Source: Octopus vulgaris (Eukaryota). Taken from it: a stretch of DNA of 64,000 bases. The stretch covers positions 46,934,001-46,998,000 of the forward strand of contig OX597836.1 of NCBI GenBank assembly GCA_951406725.2, in the 5' to 3' direction. The notes under the pieces are model-generated. The model ran no database searches, was not told where the DNA came from, and saw only the letters and a list, made by a program, of their open reading frames with translations. Numbering within the stretch: position 1 is the stretch's first letter; every line of letters begins with the position of its first letter. Shown in pieces: positions 26,746 to 40,472 of the stretch. Made by a program: the position numbers and the translations under genes.

Positions 26746-26896
26746 TAGATAGATAGATAGATGGAGAGGGAGAGAAAGAGAGAAAATAGAAAAAGGGAGA
26801 TAGAAGATAGATTGATAGAGAGTGGGTGTACAAGGCGAGATTCTGTGAATGTGGGGATATGTATGTGTGTGCGGGCGGGCGCGTTGTGTGCGTGTG

Positions 26897-27222
26897 GTGA
26901 AGGCGCGTGGTTTATTGGTTAGGGTATTCTGCTCATGACTGCAAGGTCGTGAGTTCGGTTCCCATCGGTGCACTGTGTCCTTGAGCAAAACACCTTATTT
27001 CACAATGCTCCAGTCCACTCAGCTGGCAAAAATGAGTTGTACCGGTAATTCAAGGGGCCAGCCTTATTTGTCACATTCTGTGTCACACTGAATTTCCATG
27101 AGAACTACGTCAAGGGTAGACATATCCTTGGAGTACTCGGCCACTTGCACGTTAATCTCGCGATTAGAATGTTCTGTTGATCGGATCAACGGCAACCCAC
27201 GTCAGCGTAACCGACGGAGTGT
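26897..27222 (+). mobile_element. SINE family C
   Basis: tRNA-like head; CTCCAGTCCACTCAGCTGGCAAAAATGAG core; tail shared with SINE B type 2. Confidence 0.85.
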
Positions 27223-27425
27223 CAGTGTGTGTTTGTGTGAATTTGGGTGAAACAAGGGTGAGTTTAAGGATTAAAGGAAGTATTTTCAATAAAGAATTCA
27301 ATGTTTTGAAAGAGAAATATATTCAATCTGTGGTACTATTTCTATGTTATTCTATAAAGAAATATTTTGGGAACCCGGATATGCGATCATCAGAAATGAT
27401 GTTGTATTGACATCCTAAATAACGT

Positions 27426-28278
<853 letters not shown>

Positions 28279-28521
28279 CTATAACGAAAAAACAGCCACA
28301 AAAAGAAAAACAACGATCAAAGATAAAAGGTGGAAGAATTCATAGAAATATCAGTTGAAGAAATTTGTCTTTTAGTCTTTGACCTTGTCTGAAATCAATG
28401 TTATTTCCTGTAGTTTACCAATTTAGGAATCTGGTGTTTGACACTGTGTATATCGTTACATTGTAATGCTGGAGGATATTTTGGCACCGTTTAAACTGTG
28501 TTAATTTCCAGTCTGTCACAT

Positions 28522-29018
28522 TCATCATCATCATTGTTCGACCGTGGTCGAGACAATGGAATTTACCATGCTACGCCAGACTTCACGGTCCATCATGGCA
28601 TTACGGAGGTCCTGTTGCTGGATGCCTGTATCCCTGGAGATTACATCAGGGGCAGGAGAGTGTGCGCTCTCTGGTGTCCCGAGTAGATGGCTTCCAGAGG
28701 AGAAGAGTAGAAATTACTTCTTTTTCAACTGTACAACAATGTCCAGCAAACTGGACTCTTCTACCTTTCACAAGAGATGACACAGGTGGTAGTTTCCCAT
28801 ATATTTGCATTTTGGTTGGATGGCGCTTCCACGAGAGATTTTGAGCTCTCATAAGGAGGCGAGTGTAGGTTCCATCCAAGCGCCTCTCAAGCTTCTTTGA
28901 TAACGTCCAGGTTTCTGAGCCATATAGTAGAATTGGTTCGACTGTGGCTTTGAAGATTTCAAGTTTGAAGTCTCTACTTAGATTTGATGACCAGATCTTA
29001 TGCATGTCATTACAGCCT
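28522..29018 (-). mobile_element. RTE-clade LINE 3' fragment
   Basis: KIWSSNLS...FKATVEPILLYGSETWTL...QFAGHC; (TGA)n tail. Confidence 0.9.
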
Positions 29019-29199
29019 GTAATGAGTCTGTCACACTTGGAGGAGAAAATGGCCAAAGCAATAAAGCGTTGGGTAGTCCATAACCCCAGTACTCGCGGTC
29101 CATTACGTTCACCATCCAATTCACTTGTAACAACTCGCTGTTCTATTCACTACTACGTCCACCAACACAACTGCCACAATCAACAGCAACAGCAGCAAC

Positions 29200-29510
29200 A
29201 GTGGAGGCGCAATGGCCAGTTGTGTGTTTATTGAGCGAAAGCACCTAAAGCTCCACGAGGCTCCGGCAGCGGGTGGTGGTGACCCCTGTTGCACTCTTTC
29301 GTTCCAACTTTTTCTCACTCTTTCTTCCTGTTTCTTGTCCCCGACTTCCTACGCAACCGCTGAGCCTGGATGCGCATTCATCTATCCGTCGATGCTCTCG
29401 GTGTCGAGGGTTAACCTGCTTTCTCTTCTGCGGGTCTTACGAATAGCAAAGGACCACGTTTCGGACTTCTTCCACTACAGGAGGAAGACCGCTTCGCTCA
29501 ACAAACAAAC
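29200..29510 (+). mobile_element. SINE family B tail type 1, with a deletion in the head
   Basis: Homologous to 1039-1410. Confidence 0.85.
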
Positions 29511-29516
29511 AGCAAC

Positions 29517-29977
29517 AGTGGAAGCGCAATGACCCAGTGGTTAGGGCAACGGACTCGCGATCGTAAGAACACGGTTTCGATTCCCAGATCGGCATTGTGA
29601 GTGTTTATCAAGCAAAGGCTCCGGCGGGGGATAGTGGTGAATCCCGATGTACTCTTTCAAAACAACTTTCTCTCACTCTTTCTTCCTACTTCTGCCACAA
29701 AGCAGAGGAACCACGGTGTAACCCACTATGGTGTGGTAAACTTTCGGACCCTAGTCTAGATTGCGAATCCTCTGTACCCCAGGATGGTTCCGCTCTCCAC
29801 CCGTTAAAAAGCCACCGTTTACGGAATGAGGATAACAACGTAGCTTTCGCGCCCGTGCAACCGCCAATCTATTGCGTGTGGTGGGTGGATCTTCAAGTTG
29901 TCACACGCATTTTTAGTAGCTTAGAGTAGGCTCGAATTAGGGATAATTCTTTGTGGCTAATGGCGTGAGTCCTGATT
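29517..29977 (+). mobile_element. SINE family B head joined to a third tail type, running into (AAG)n
   Basis: Head 29517-29690, then sequence unique in this window up to the AAG tract. Confidence 0.6.
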
Positions 29978-30260
29978 GAAAGAAGAAGAAGAAGAAAAAG
30001 AAAAAGAAAAAAGAAGAAGAAGAAAAGAAAAAAGAAGAAGAAGAAGAAAAAGAAGAAAAGAAGAAAAGAAGAAAAAGAAGAAAAAGAAGAAAAGAAGAAG
30101 AAAAGAAGAAGAAAAGAAGAAGAAAAAGAAGAAGAAAAAGAAGAAGAAGAAGAAGAAAAAGAAGAAGAAAAAGAAGAAGAAAAAGAAGAAGAAGAAAAGA
30201 AAAAGAAGAAGAAGAAGAAGAAGAAGAAGAAGAAGAAGAAGAAGAAGAAGAAGAAGAAGA
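29978..30260. repeat. Pure purine (AAG/AAAAG)n tract
   Basis: Direct reading. Confidence 0.97.
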
Positions 30261-30318
30261 CAGTAGCAGTATCAGTAGCGGTTACACTGTCAAGTAATTC
30301 CTTAATATGTCATATTCA

Positions 30319-30845
30319 GAAGGCGGTGAGCTGACAGAAACGTTAGCACGCCGGGTAAAATGCCTAGCGGTATTTCGTCTGCCTCTACGTTCTGAGTTCA
30401 AATTCTCCCGAGGTCGACTTTGCCTTTCATCCTTTCTGGGGTCGATAAATTAAGTACCAGTTGCGTAGTGGGGTAGATCTAATCGACTGGTCTCCTCCCC
30501 AAGAATTTCGGGCTTTGTGCCTAGAGTAGAAAAGAATGTGGGGTCGATGTAATCGACTTAATCCCGTTGTCTGTCCTTGTTTGTCCCCTCTATGTTTAGC
30601 CCTTTGTGGGCAATAAAGAAATAAGAAACATTAGCACGCCTAGAGTGGAAAAGAATTGTTAGCACGCCGGGAGAAATGCTTACCGATATTTCGCCCGTCT
30701 TCACGTTCTGAGTTCAAATCCCGCTAGGTAAACTTTGCCTTCCATCCTTTTAGGGTCGATAAAATAAGTACCAGTTGAGCACTGAGGGTCGGTATAATCG
30801 ACTTACTCCCTTTTGTGCCTTTTGTGCCAAAATTTGAAACCAATC
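30319..30845 (+). mobile_element. Tandem SINE family E cluster
   Basis: AAGGCGGTGAGCTG.CAGAAACGTTAGCACG head and GCCTTTCATCCTTT core repeated. Confidence 0.85.
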
Positions 30846-31087
30846 TGTAGTGGGCAAAGATTGAACGGTAATGACTATAGTCCTAGGGTAGTGTTTGACC
30901 AAATAAGGTATTGAGAGCTATGTGTCTAAATAAGTATTTTTCAGTCGGGGTCCGTATGACCCTTCGGGATTCACATAAGATTTTACTGTTGAAATTTCTG
31001 CAATAACTTGGTTTTATTCCTACAATACACAAAATATTTTAACGACTTTTCTATCCGCTTCCTAATAATATTTTTTTTAAAAAAAAG

Positions 31088-31391
31088 GAGCACTCCGTCA
31101 GTTACGACGACGAGGGTCCCTGCTGATCTGATCAACGGAACAGCCTGCTCACGAAATTAACGTGCAAATGGCTGAGCAATCCACAGACACATGTACCCCT
31201 AACGTAGTTATCGGGGAGATTCAGCGTGACACAGAGTGTGACAAGGTACAACTCATTTTTGCCAGCTGAATGGACTGGAGCAACGTGAAATAAAGTGTCT
31301 TGCTCAATGACATAACGCGTCGCCGGGAATCGAACTCATGACCTTACAATCGTGAACCAAATGCCCTATCCACTAAGCCATGCGCCTTCAC
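31088..31391 (-). mobile_element. SINE family C with CTAATAATA TSD
   Basis: Reverse complement of the 26897-type element; CTAATAATA at 31062 and 31391. Confidence 0.85.
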
Positions 31392-31449
31392 TAATAATAA
31401 TGTTTAATTATAAAAGTGCAATGGGATTTTTTAAAACATTAGCGTCCAC

Positions 31450-31882
31450 GGATCTTTTCGGTTTGAACGGCAGTTTTTAACATAATTTCCAGGTAACTAA
31501 ATAATTCTAAACTTCGTATACTGGTAGAATGTGTTTATAAAACATCTTTTTCTCTTGGCTTTATTGAAAAGATTCTATAGTTTGTAAGATATTTGTTGTT
31601 TTCTTTTTTCTTCAATTTCTGTAATTTCAACCAATCACTGACGTCTATTGAGGTAAAAAAAAACATTCTGTGCCGTATGAATATGTCCCTCGTTTAAGAA
31701 ACAGATTGGGTTTATTTACATTTGTGAAGAAAAAAAGATACTCTTCCCCCCACCCCTAACCCTAACTAACCCTAACCCTAAAACAGATTGAAATGCAATA
31801 GATCGATACTAGGGTCATAATTATGGGTGACAATTTCACATGACACCGCTAGAAAAAACTGCTGTTCAAACCGAAAAGATCC
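31450..31882 (-). mobile_element. GGATC-TIR MITE with internal telomeric repeats
   Basis: TIRs; CCCTAA repeats at ~31753-31780. Confidence 0.9.
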
Positions 31883-32513
31883 TAAAATAGGAATCAAAGG
31901 AGTCCAGAGATAAAACAAAAATTATTGAGACCCACTGGTCTAACTATAGTTAGACCAGGTAAACGCTGGTCTAACTATAACAATGGCGAAAGAAACACAA
32001 TGGTGGCTGGCGAAAGAAAGACAATCACCTCTCAATAAATTGTGCAGGAGTTTATCTTCATCAAAATCTGTTGCTCTGTTCCATTAGCAGGTAAACGCTG
32101 CAAAATACTCTTACATGGCTGTTTACGTAATGTTTGTTCTGTGATGTGAAGCAATCTGTTTGCAATAATATCAAACCTGCAGCTGTAGATCATATCTTGG
32201 GGCAACTCTAAGAATAATGAGACCATCCAGCATTGTTTTATCAATAATACACTGCAATCAGTCAACATACAAAAAGCAATAAATGTCTACCGTACTAATC
32301 AGAGTCCATAAATCACCGAAGCTTCTACTGTTTTCTAGACCGAGTATTTAGAGTGACGTTGGTGGCGGGGAACGAAGATAAGAGTTTAGACAGCAGACGT
32401 ATAGGTATTGCTTTCACTCTACCAATTCTTCCTTCCTCGAATTCTTCCTTTCTCTCCATTACACTCACTGTACCTTTCTCTACCTCCGCTTCTTTAACCC
32501 TCACCTCCACCCG

Positions 32514-32548
<35 letters not shown>

Positions 32549-32714
32549 CATATACATATATATATGAAGAATTCTCACTTGCTAAGGAAGCTTTTATTGG
32601 AGAAAATCTGGTGGTAGCATTTGTGATGATAGAAAATGAAAGAGCGAAGTTTGTAATAAATTGATAGTAAAACGCACGCACACACACACACACATACAGA
32701 CGCACGAACGTAGT

Positions 32715-33197
32715 ACTTACGTATGTATGTATGTATGTATATATGTATGTATGGATGTACGTATGTACGTACGTACGTACGTATGTATTTATGTACGTAC
32801 GTATGTATGTATGTACGTATGTACGTATGTATGTATGGATGTACGTACGTACGTACGTACGTACGTACGTATGTATGTATGTATGTATGTATGTATGTAT
32901 GTATGCATCTGTGTATGTATGTATGTATGCATCTGTGTATGTATGTATGTATGCATCCATCTGTGTATGTATGTATGTATGTATGCATCTATGTATGTAT
33001 GTATGTATGTATGCATCTATGTATGTATGTATGTATGTATGTATGTATGTATGTATGTATGTATGTATGTATGTTTGTATGTATGTATGTATGAATGTTT
33101 GTATGTATGTATGTATGTATGAATGTTTGTATGTATGCATCTATGTATGTATGTATGTATGTATGAATGAATGTATGTATGGATGTATGTATGTATG
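32715..33197. repeat. (TATG/TACG)n microsatellite
   Basis: Direct reading. Confidence 0.95.
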
Positions 33198-33563
33198 AAC
33201 ATGACACTAAGTCATTAATATTCTGCAATACGCATATTTCCCCCCCCCCTCAGTATTAGATAGAGACGTGGTCTCTTGAAAAATATTCACTACGGTGTAA
33301 TTTTAAACGCGAAATATCAATTACCATTTGTTTTTACTTCCTTAAAAATTGCTGCATTGTTTTTTCGTTTATTCCAAAGAAAAACATCCGCTTATTTTCC
33401 GTTAATCATTTTCTCCAAAAATTTATTTCAATAATAGAAAAAAAAAATCTGCTTTGAATTTTTCAATTTATGTGTAATCAGTCTGTCGCAGTAAAATATT
33501 GTTTGCATACTGCACTGAAAGACTGCTATGGATTTTGGTCCCAAATTCCACTTCAGCTCACAA

Positions 33564-33629
<66 letters not shown>

Positions 33630-33736
33630 AACGATGATGATAATGATGATAATGATGATAATGATGATAATGATGATAATGATGATAATGATGATAATGA
33701 TGATGATGATAATAATAATAATGATAATAATGATAA
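33564..33736. repeat. (AAT)(AAC)(GAT) compound trinucleotide array
   Basis: Direct reading. Confidence 0.95.
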
Positions 33737-34154
33737 GGATCTTTTCGGTTTGAACGGCAGTTTTTTCTAGCGGTGTCATATGAAATTGTCAACCATAATT
33801 ATGACCCTACTATCGATCTATTGCATTTCAATCTGTTTTAGGGTTAGGGTTAGTTAGGGTTAGGGTTAGAAGTGGGGGGAAGGGTATCTTTTTTTCTTCA
33901 CAAATGTAAATAAACCCAATCTGTTTCTTAAACGAGGGACATATTCATTTTTAACTCGATAGACGTCACTGATTGGTTGAAATTGCACAAATTGAAGAAA
34001 AAAAACAACAAATATCTTACAATCTATAGAATTTTCTCAATAAAGCCAAGAGAAAAAGATGTTTTATAAACACATTCTACCAGTATACGAAGTTTAAAAT
34101 TTTTTAGTTACCTAGAAATTATGTTAAAAACTGCCGTTCAAACCGAAAAGATCC
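33737..34154 (+). mobile_element. GGATC-TIR MITE with internal telomeric repeats
   Basis: Perfect 28-bp TIRs; TTAGGG repeats at ~33838-33870. Confidence 0.92.
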
Positions 34155-34485
34155 AATAACAATAACAATAACAATAATGATAATAATAATAATAATGATA
34201 ATAATAATAATAATAACGATCATAATAATAATAACGATAATAATAACAATAATAATAATAACGATAATAATAATAATAACAATAATAATAATAATAACAA
34301 TAATAACAATAACAATAACAATAATAATAATAACGATAATAATAATAATAACAATAATAATAATAATAACAATAATAACAATAACAATAACAATAACAAT
34401 AACAATAATAATAATAATAACGATAATAATAATAATAATAACGATAATAATAATAATAATAACGATAATAATAATAATAATAACG

Positions 34486-34557
<72 letters not shown>

Positions 34558-34580
34558 GCGATAATAATAATAATAACGAT
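34155..34580. repeat. (AAT)n array with AAC/ACG variants
   Basis: Direct reading. Confidence 0.95.
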
Positions 34581-36324
34581 ATTTTCTGCTTGGCACTGTC
34601 ACCTCTATGTGATATGCTAAATAGAACTGGATGCGGATATAAATGTTACGGCAAAACGATCAGCCACCTTTTATATATGGATGACCTAAAACTATACGCT
34701 GCAAATGACAAACAGCTGGAAACACTATTAAAGACAGTTCATGGATTTACCAAAGAAATAGATATGAAATTTGGATTAGAAAAATGCGCCAAAGTAACCC
34801 TGAAAAGAGGAAAACTAGTTAAGAGTAACAGCATCACACTAGATAAAACCAATGAAATAAAAGAATTAGACCAAAGCCAAACTTACAAATACTTAGGAAT
34901 CCATGAACTAGATAAGACAACACACACAAATGAAAGAGAAAATAAAAAAAGAATATTATAGACGAGTTAGATCAATACTAAACACAGAGCTCAATGCTAA
35001 AAACAAGATTATAGGTATCAACACTTTAGCTGTCCCAGTTATAAGTTACAGCTACAATATCCTTAACTGGACACGAAATGAACTGACCAAAATAGATAGG
35101 AAAACAAGAAAAATAATGACAGGATCTAGGATGCATCACCCAAAATCTGACATAGAAAGACTATATATACAACGTATAGAAGGTGGTAGAGGCCTTATAC
35201 AGCTGGAAAACTACTATAAAATAACCACCATAGGACTGCAAAAATATCTACTTCAGAAGGAAGGAAAACTGGTCCAGATAGCGGCAAAACACGAGCAAAA
35301 CAAAAAACTGTTCTCAGTATTTAAGGAAGCTGACAAATACAAACAAGAAATCATACCACCTAATAAACACAAAGAAGAAGAAGAAGATGAAGAAACAACA
35401 AAAGCTATAAAACAAATGAAATCCAAACTAAAAATAGAACAGCAACGAACCATGATAAAACGATGGCAAGAAAAGCCCCTTCATGGTAAATACTGGACTA
35501 AACTAAACGCAAAAGAAATAGACAAAGACAAATCCCAGCAATGGTTGAGAAGCTCAGGACTCAAAGCAGAAACAGAGGGATTTTTAATTGCAGCACAAGA
35601 CCAAAGCCTCCCCACCAGAAATTACCAAAAACATGTAATGAAAAGAAATATTACAAGTAACTGCAGAATATGTGGAGATGGACAAGAAACAATAAATCAT
35701 ATTATCTCTAGCTGCCCAGTCCTGGCTAAGAAGGAATATATTCACAGACATGACAGAGTTGGAACCTACATACATTGGAAGCTATGCCAACATTATGGAA
35801 TAACAACAGAAAAAAGATGGTATAGGCACACACCAGAAAAGGTCACAGAAAACGAGAAAGCAACCATACTCTGGGATATGCCGATACACACAGATAGAGA
35901 AATTAAGGCCAACAGACCAGATATAGTTGTCAGAGATCATGAAGAAAAAAACGCTTTCTAATTGATGTATCAATACCGGCAGATGACAACGTGTCTCTAA
36001 AAGAAATGGAGAAACTCTCAAAATACAAAGACCTGGAAATAGAGGTAACTAGAATGTGGAATCTGAAAACAGAAACAATTCCTATCATAGTAGGTGCATT
36101 AGGCATGATAAAAAAATATTCAGACAAATACATAACAAAAACACCAGGACTTACAAACACATATAACATACAGAAAATTGCACTACTAGGCACTGCACAC
36201 ATCCTACGCAGAACACTTTCCATACAATAACCATCAGAGCATCACAACAAATCACAGCACATACCCAAGGCACACAGAGCTGTGCTCAGTAGTGAAGTGA
36301 AAGCACGCTATAAAAATAAAACTA

Positions 36325-36328
<4 letters not shown>
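34581..36328 (+). mobile_element. 5'-truncated Dong/R4-clade non-LTR retrotransposon (RT C-half, CCHC knuckle, restriction-like endonuclease), two frameshifts
   Basis: HLLYMDDLKLY, KFGLEKC, YKYLG, GGRGL, CRICG...ETINHIISSC, RHD, RPDIV..D, KLSKY; both ends in (TAA)n. Confidence 0.93.
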
Positions 36329-36369
<41 letters not shown>

Positions 36370-36375
36370 GATATC

Positions 36376-36424
<49 letters not shown>

Positions 36425-36428
<4 letters not shown>

Positions 36429-36532
36429 AATAACCATCAGAGCATCACAACAAATCACAGCATATACCCAAGGCACACAGAGCTGCGCTCGGTAGTGAAG
36501 TGAAAGCACGATGTAAAAAATATACTACTGAA
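36425..36532 (+). mobile_element. Extra Dong 3' UTR-only copy
   Basis: ATACAATAACCATCAGAGC...ACTACTGAAT repeats 36222-36330. Confidence 0.9.
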
Positions 36533-36582
36533 TAACAATAATAATAATAACAATAATAATAATAACGATAATAATAATAACG

Positions 36583-36614
<32 letters not shown>

Positions 36615-36637
36615 GATAATAATAATAATAATAATAA

Positions 36638-37193
36638 ATGCCCTGATGCAGTACCAGGCAGTGGCTCTCATGGCTTCTGATCTTAACTGATTGGAAGTGT
36701 TATCATGTACATTGTTTTGTCTTGGTATAAAAGATGGGCTACAGCAAATATTCTGCTCAATACCACAGATTTGCTTGTCAGTTGTTTGACCTTAACCAGT
36801 TGAGCATGTCCCTTAGTGGCTGACGATATGTGCATCTCTGATCACGAGCAGAAGTAGTGGGGGAGCATCATAGCCATGTGTTGAGAGGGATTCTTTGGGG
36901 TTTGAATAATTCACCTTTGGAAACATGGGTGTTTCGTTCAACATCCTTAAACAACCCTTATTCAGGGACCGTTTGAGCGGGATGGGCTACTCAACCTGAA
37001 GAAAATTCTAACTGGGCCCCACCTGCAAGGTCATGTGCTGTTTATCTTGATATGAGATCACCATGTCGCGCACATATGGTTGTGATGCATGTGCCTGGTG
37101 TACCTTTATCAGACGGGTAGTCATGATGGGTATATTGGGCTTCGTATATTTTACCCCAGTGTCACTTTGATGGCATGAACTGCTCTCTCACTC
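36638..37193 (+). mobile_element. ~555 bp non-coding insert in a (TAA)n array; putative non-autonomous element
   Basis: Complex sequence bounded sharply by AAT repeats on both sides; no ORF in the track. Confidence 0.55.
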
Positions 37194-37874
37194 AATAATA
37201 ATAATAATAATAATAATAATAACGATAATAATAATAATAATAACGATAATAATAATAATAATAATAACGATAATAATAATAATAATGATAATAATAATAA
37301 TTATAATAACAATAATAATAATAATAATAATAATATTAAAAATGGATCAAATATCGTGCTGATTTTTCTTTCGGCAAAGACTAACCGGAGCAGTCGTAGT
37401 TAACGAAGTTACGACAATAAATTGACATTTTACTGTGTGTAGGAGATGAGATCAAGTGATGCGTGCTCAACTAATCTTGTCGCCGAAAGACGAAATTATG
37501 ACCACATTTGCGGATTATTAATGAGCTGCATCGTCATCTGCATATACATTGGCTAAACGTAGCGTTTCTGAAGGTTTTGCCGGAATGCCGTCGTGCGAGG
37601 AAGGTTTTCGTTATCCTTGGTTCATTGCGGTTTAGACATAATGAAGAATAGTAGGAAAAAATAGAGAATTAGGGGGGAAGTGGTTGGGGAAAGGAAAATA
37701 ACGAGAGAAAATAATGAAATAAAAGAGAGAATAAAGATGGAGATGACGTGGGTTGGAATAGAAGTGAATGATTAGAAGTGAATGATCCGTTTAAAGAAGA
37801 GAGGTTAGGGCATAGTTGTTGGTCAGTCCAGAGGCCACAATACGGAGTTTATCAACGCCACTGTATACATTCAT

Positions 37875-38060
37875 ATTGGTTTCAAATTAAGGCACAAGGC
37901 CAGCAATTTTGGGGGAGGGCGTAAGCCGATTACATCGACCCCAGTGTTCAACCTCGAAAGGATGAAAGACAAAGTCGACATTTGAACTGGTAAGGACGGA
38001 CGAAAAGCCACAAGGCATTTTGCCCAGCTTACTAACGATTCTGACAGCTCGCCACCTTAA
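37875..38060 (-). mobile_element. SINE family E (internally deleted)
   Basis: CACAAGGCCAGCAATTTT...GAAAGGATGAAAG...CAGCTCGCCACCTT. Confidence 0.8.
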
Positions 38061-38971
38061 AGGTTAAGTCAACTTCAGCGCACTATTTACATACATTGGC
38101 TAATAGAACCAAATACACACACTCACACACACACACACACACACACGTGTAAGGTGACAAAAGAACAATGCAAGTTGTGATACCGCCTCACAGCTCATTA
38201 AAACGCACATCCATAGAATAAAATTTAAATTACGATAAAAGTCAATCATGAATGGACGTTATAAAAGAAAGCTAAAACCATTCATAGAAATACGTTGTGG
38301 CTATGGAAAGCCATTCATAAAGATGGTAGGAGGAAGTGGATTTAGGAAGAGAAGTTCATTCAGACTTTGGGAGAGAGTCATTGTGGCGAGGGGAAATATT
38401 TTGTTGCTTGTGTTTCCTGGAGTGTGACGTCTTGGTGGTGAATGGACATACCGTGATCTATGCACTGGCCGAGTGATCTGAAATGATATGAAGTACGTTG
38501 AAATGCGCTACGAAGGTGTTCGTAAATTCAATGACGACACAGAGGCGAAGGTGGTGTAGCATCCACAACGTTTGAAAGGCCGCCTAACGGCTAAATGTGA
38601 AGTAAATTACCTTACAACCGGTAATTGAATGCCTGCTGGGAACTTAGTTTCTACTCGACTGCCTCTCGTTTTTGTTTCAGTGACGTCTACCGCCTCCGCT
38701 CGCCCCTTGGGGTTGTATGTGACGAGAACATTGTTGACGAGTAAGAGGGCGTAGAAGGCAATCATTCGGAAATTATTAGTTTAAAATTTATGGAAGATCG
38801 TTCAATCAGAAGTGAATCGAAATTTTGTTGAATGAGAAATTCTGCAGCAAAATACAATAACGATTATTAGAATGACTTGGGGACCACACAGCAACAACAA
38901 CAACAACATATAGCAACAGCGACACCTAACTGCAGAAATAGGAAAATACAATAAGAACAAAAAAAACAAGT

Positions 38972-39182
38972 TACTCTTTTACTCTTTCACTTGTTTCAGT
39001 CATTTGACTGCAGCCATGCTGGAGCACCCTCTTTAGTCGAGCGAATCGACCCCAGAACTTATACTTTGTAAGCCTAGTACTTATTCTATCGGTCTCTGTT
39101 GCCGAGCAGATAAGTTACGGGGACGTAAACACACCAGCATCGGTTGTCAAGAGATGCTGGAGGGACAAACGCAGATACAGAA

Positions 39183-39217
<35 letters not shown>

Positions 39218-39459
39218 TATATATATACATACATGTATACATACACACACGAACACACGCACACACACACATATATATATATACATATATACGACGGGCT
39301 TCTTTCAGTTTCCATCTACCAAATCCACTCACAAGGCTTTGGTCGGCCCGAGGCTATAGTAGAAGAAAGACACTTGCCCAAGGTGCCACGCAGTGGGACT
39401 GAACCCAGAACCATGTGGTTGGTAAGCAAGCTACTTACCACACAGCCACTCCTACGCCT
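38972..39459 (-). mobile_element. SINE family A, full length
   Basis: Tail TACTCTTTTACTC to head CAGCCACTCCTACGCCT. Confidence 0.92.
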
Positions 39460-39643
39460 ATACAGTTTTTAAAAATTCATTTATTTTGGGAGGAAAACTG
39501 AGAACGGTAAACATGGCAACGTACCATATTGTTCGTCATTTTTCGGTATGAGTTCACTTTCATCGGTATTGTATTTGCTTTTAATCTTCCCTGGGTCAAT
39601 ACAAGCAGCCACAGTAATGTCGCTTCAAGTGACTATTATTTAC

Positions 39644-39995
39644 AGTGGAGGCGCAATGGCCCAGTGGTTAGGGCAGCGGACTCGCGGTCATAGGATCGCG
39701 GTTTCGATTCCCAGACTGGGCGTTGTGAGTGTTTATTGAGCGAAAACACCTAAAGCTCCACGAGGCGGTGATCGCTGCTGTACTCTTTCACCACAACTTT
39801 CTCTCACTCTTACTTCCTGTTTCTGTTGTACCTGTATTTCAAGGGGCCGGCCTTGTCACTCTCTGTGTCACGCTGAATATCCCCGAGAACTACGTTAAGG
39901 GTACACGTGTCTGTGGAGTGCTCAGCCACTTACACGTTAATTTCACGAGCAGGCAGTTCCGTTGATTCGGATCAACCGGAACCCTCATCGTCGTA
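39644..39995 (+). mobile_element. SINE family B, tail type 2
   Basis: Same head as 1039; tail as in the 20153 copy. Confidence 0.9.
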
Positions 39996-40255
39996 TTTAC
40001 GCCTCTGCCAAGTTGGAAAATATTGTTATCAATCGACGTTCAGTTTGATGATGTGTGATTTCGTGGGAATCGTGTAAACTAATAAAGAGAGAAGGTGGTA
40101 GCGTGACAGAATAAAGATTGTAAACTAAATATAGCTGAGTCTTTACATAATTCTGTCTGTTTAAAATACGAGTCCAAATCACACGGCAATCGATTATTCT
40201 TGAACCGGAAAAAATATGTACAAGTTGATCCAACCGATTTGGGGTTGTGTCAATA

Positions 40256-40426
40256 TGCGCAGGAGTGGCTGTGTGGTAAGTAGCTTGACTACCAACCACA
40301 TGGTTCTAGGTTCAGTCCCACTGCGTGGCACCTTGGGCAAGTGTCTTCTACTATAGCCTCGGGCCGACCAAAGCCTTGTGAGTGGATTTGGTATATAGAA
40401 ACTGAAAGAAGCCCATCGTATATATG

Positions 40427-40472
<46 letters not shown>

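Larger units (their letters stand above)
30930..31937. mobile_element. Old hAT-like MITE (relative of 46759-47008) split by a SINE C and a GGATC-MITE
   Basis: GGGGTCC.TATG.CCC...CATAAGATTTT...TTCCTAATAATA...GTCCAC...GAGACCCACTG collinear with 46759-47008. Confidence 0.6.

Noticed and set aside
29976-30266. Lys/Arg/Glu-rich ORF
   Set aside because: AAG repeat only
32020-32270. Possible decayed transposase
   Set aside because: No diagnostic motif identified
33838-33870. Telomere or chromosome-fusion site
   Set aside because: Short TTAGGG run internal to a MITE present three times
38260-38880. Possible old LINE fragment on the minus strand
   Set aside because: Only weak motif resemblance; cannot be supported without a search
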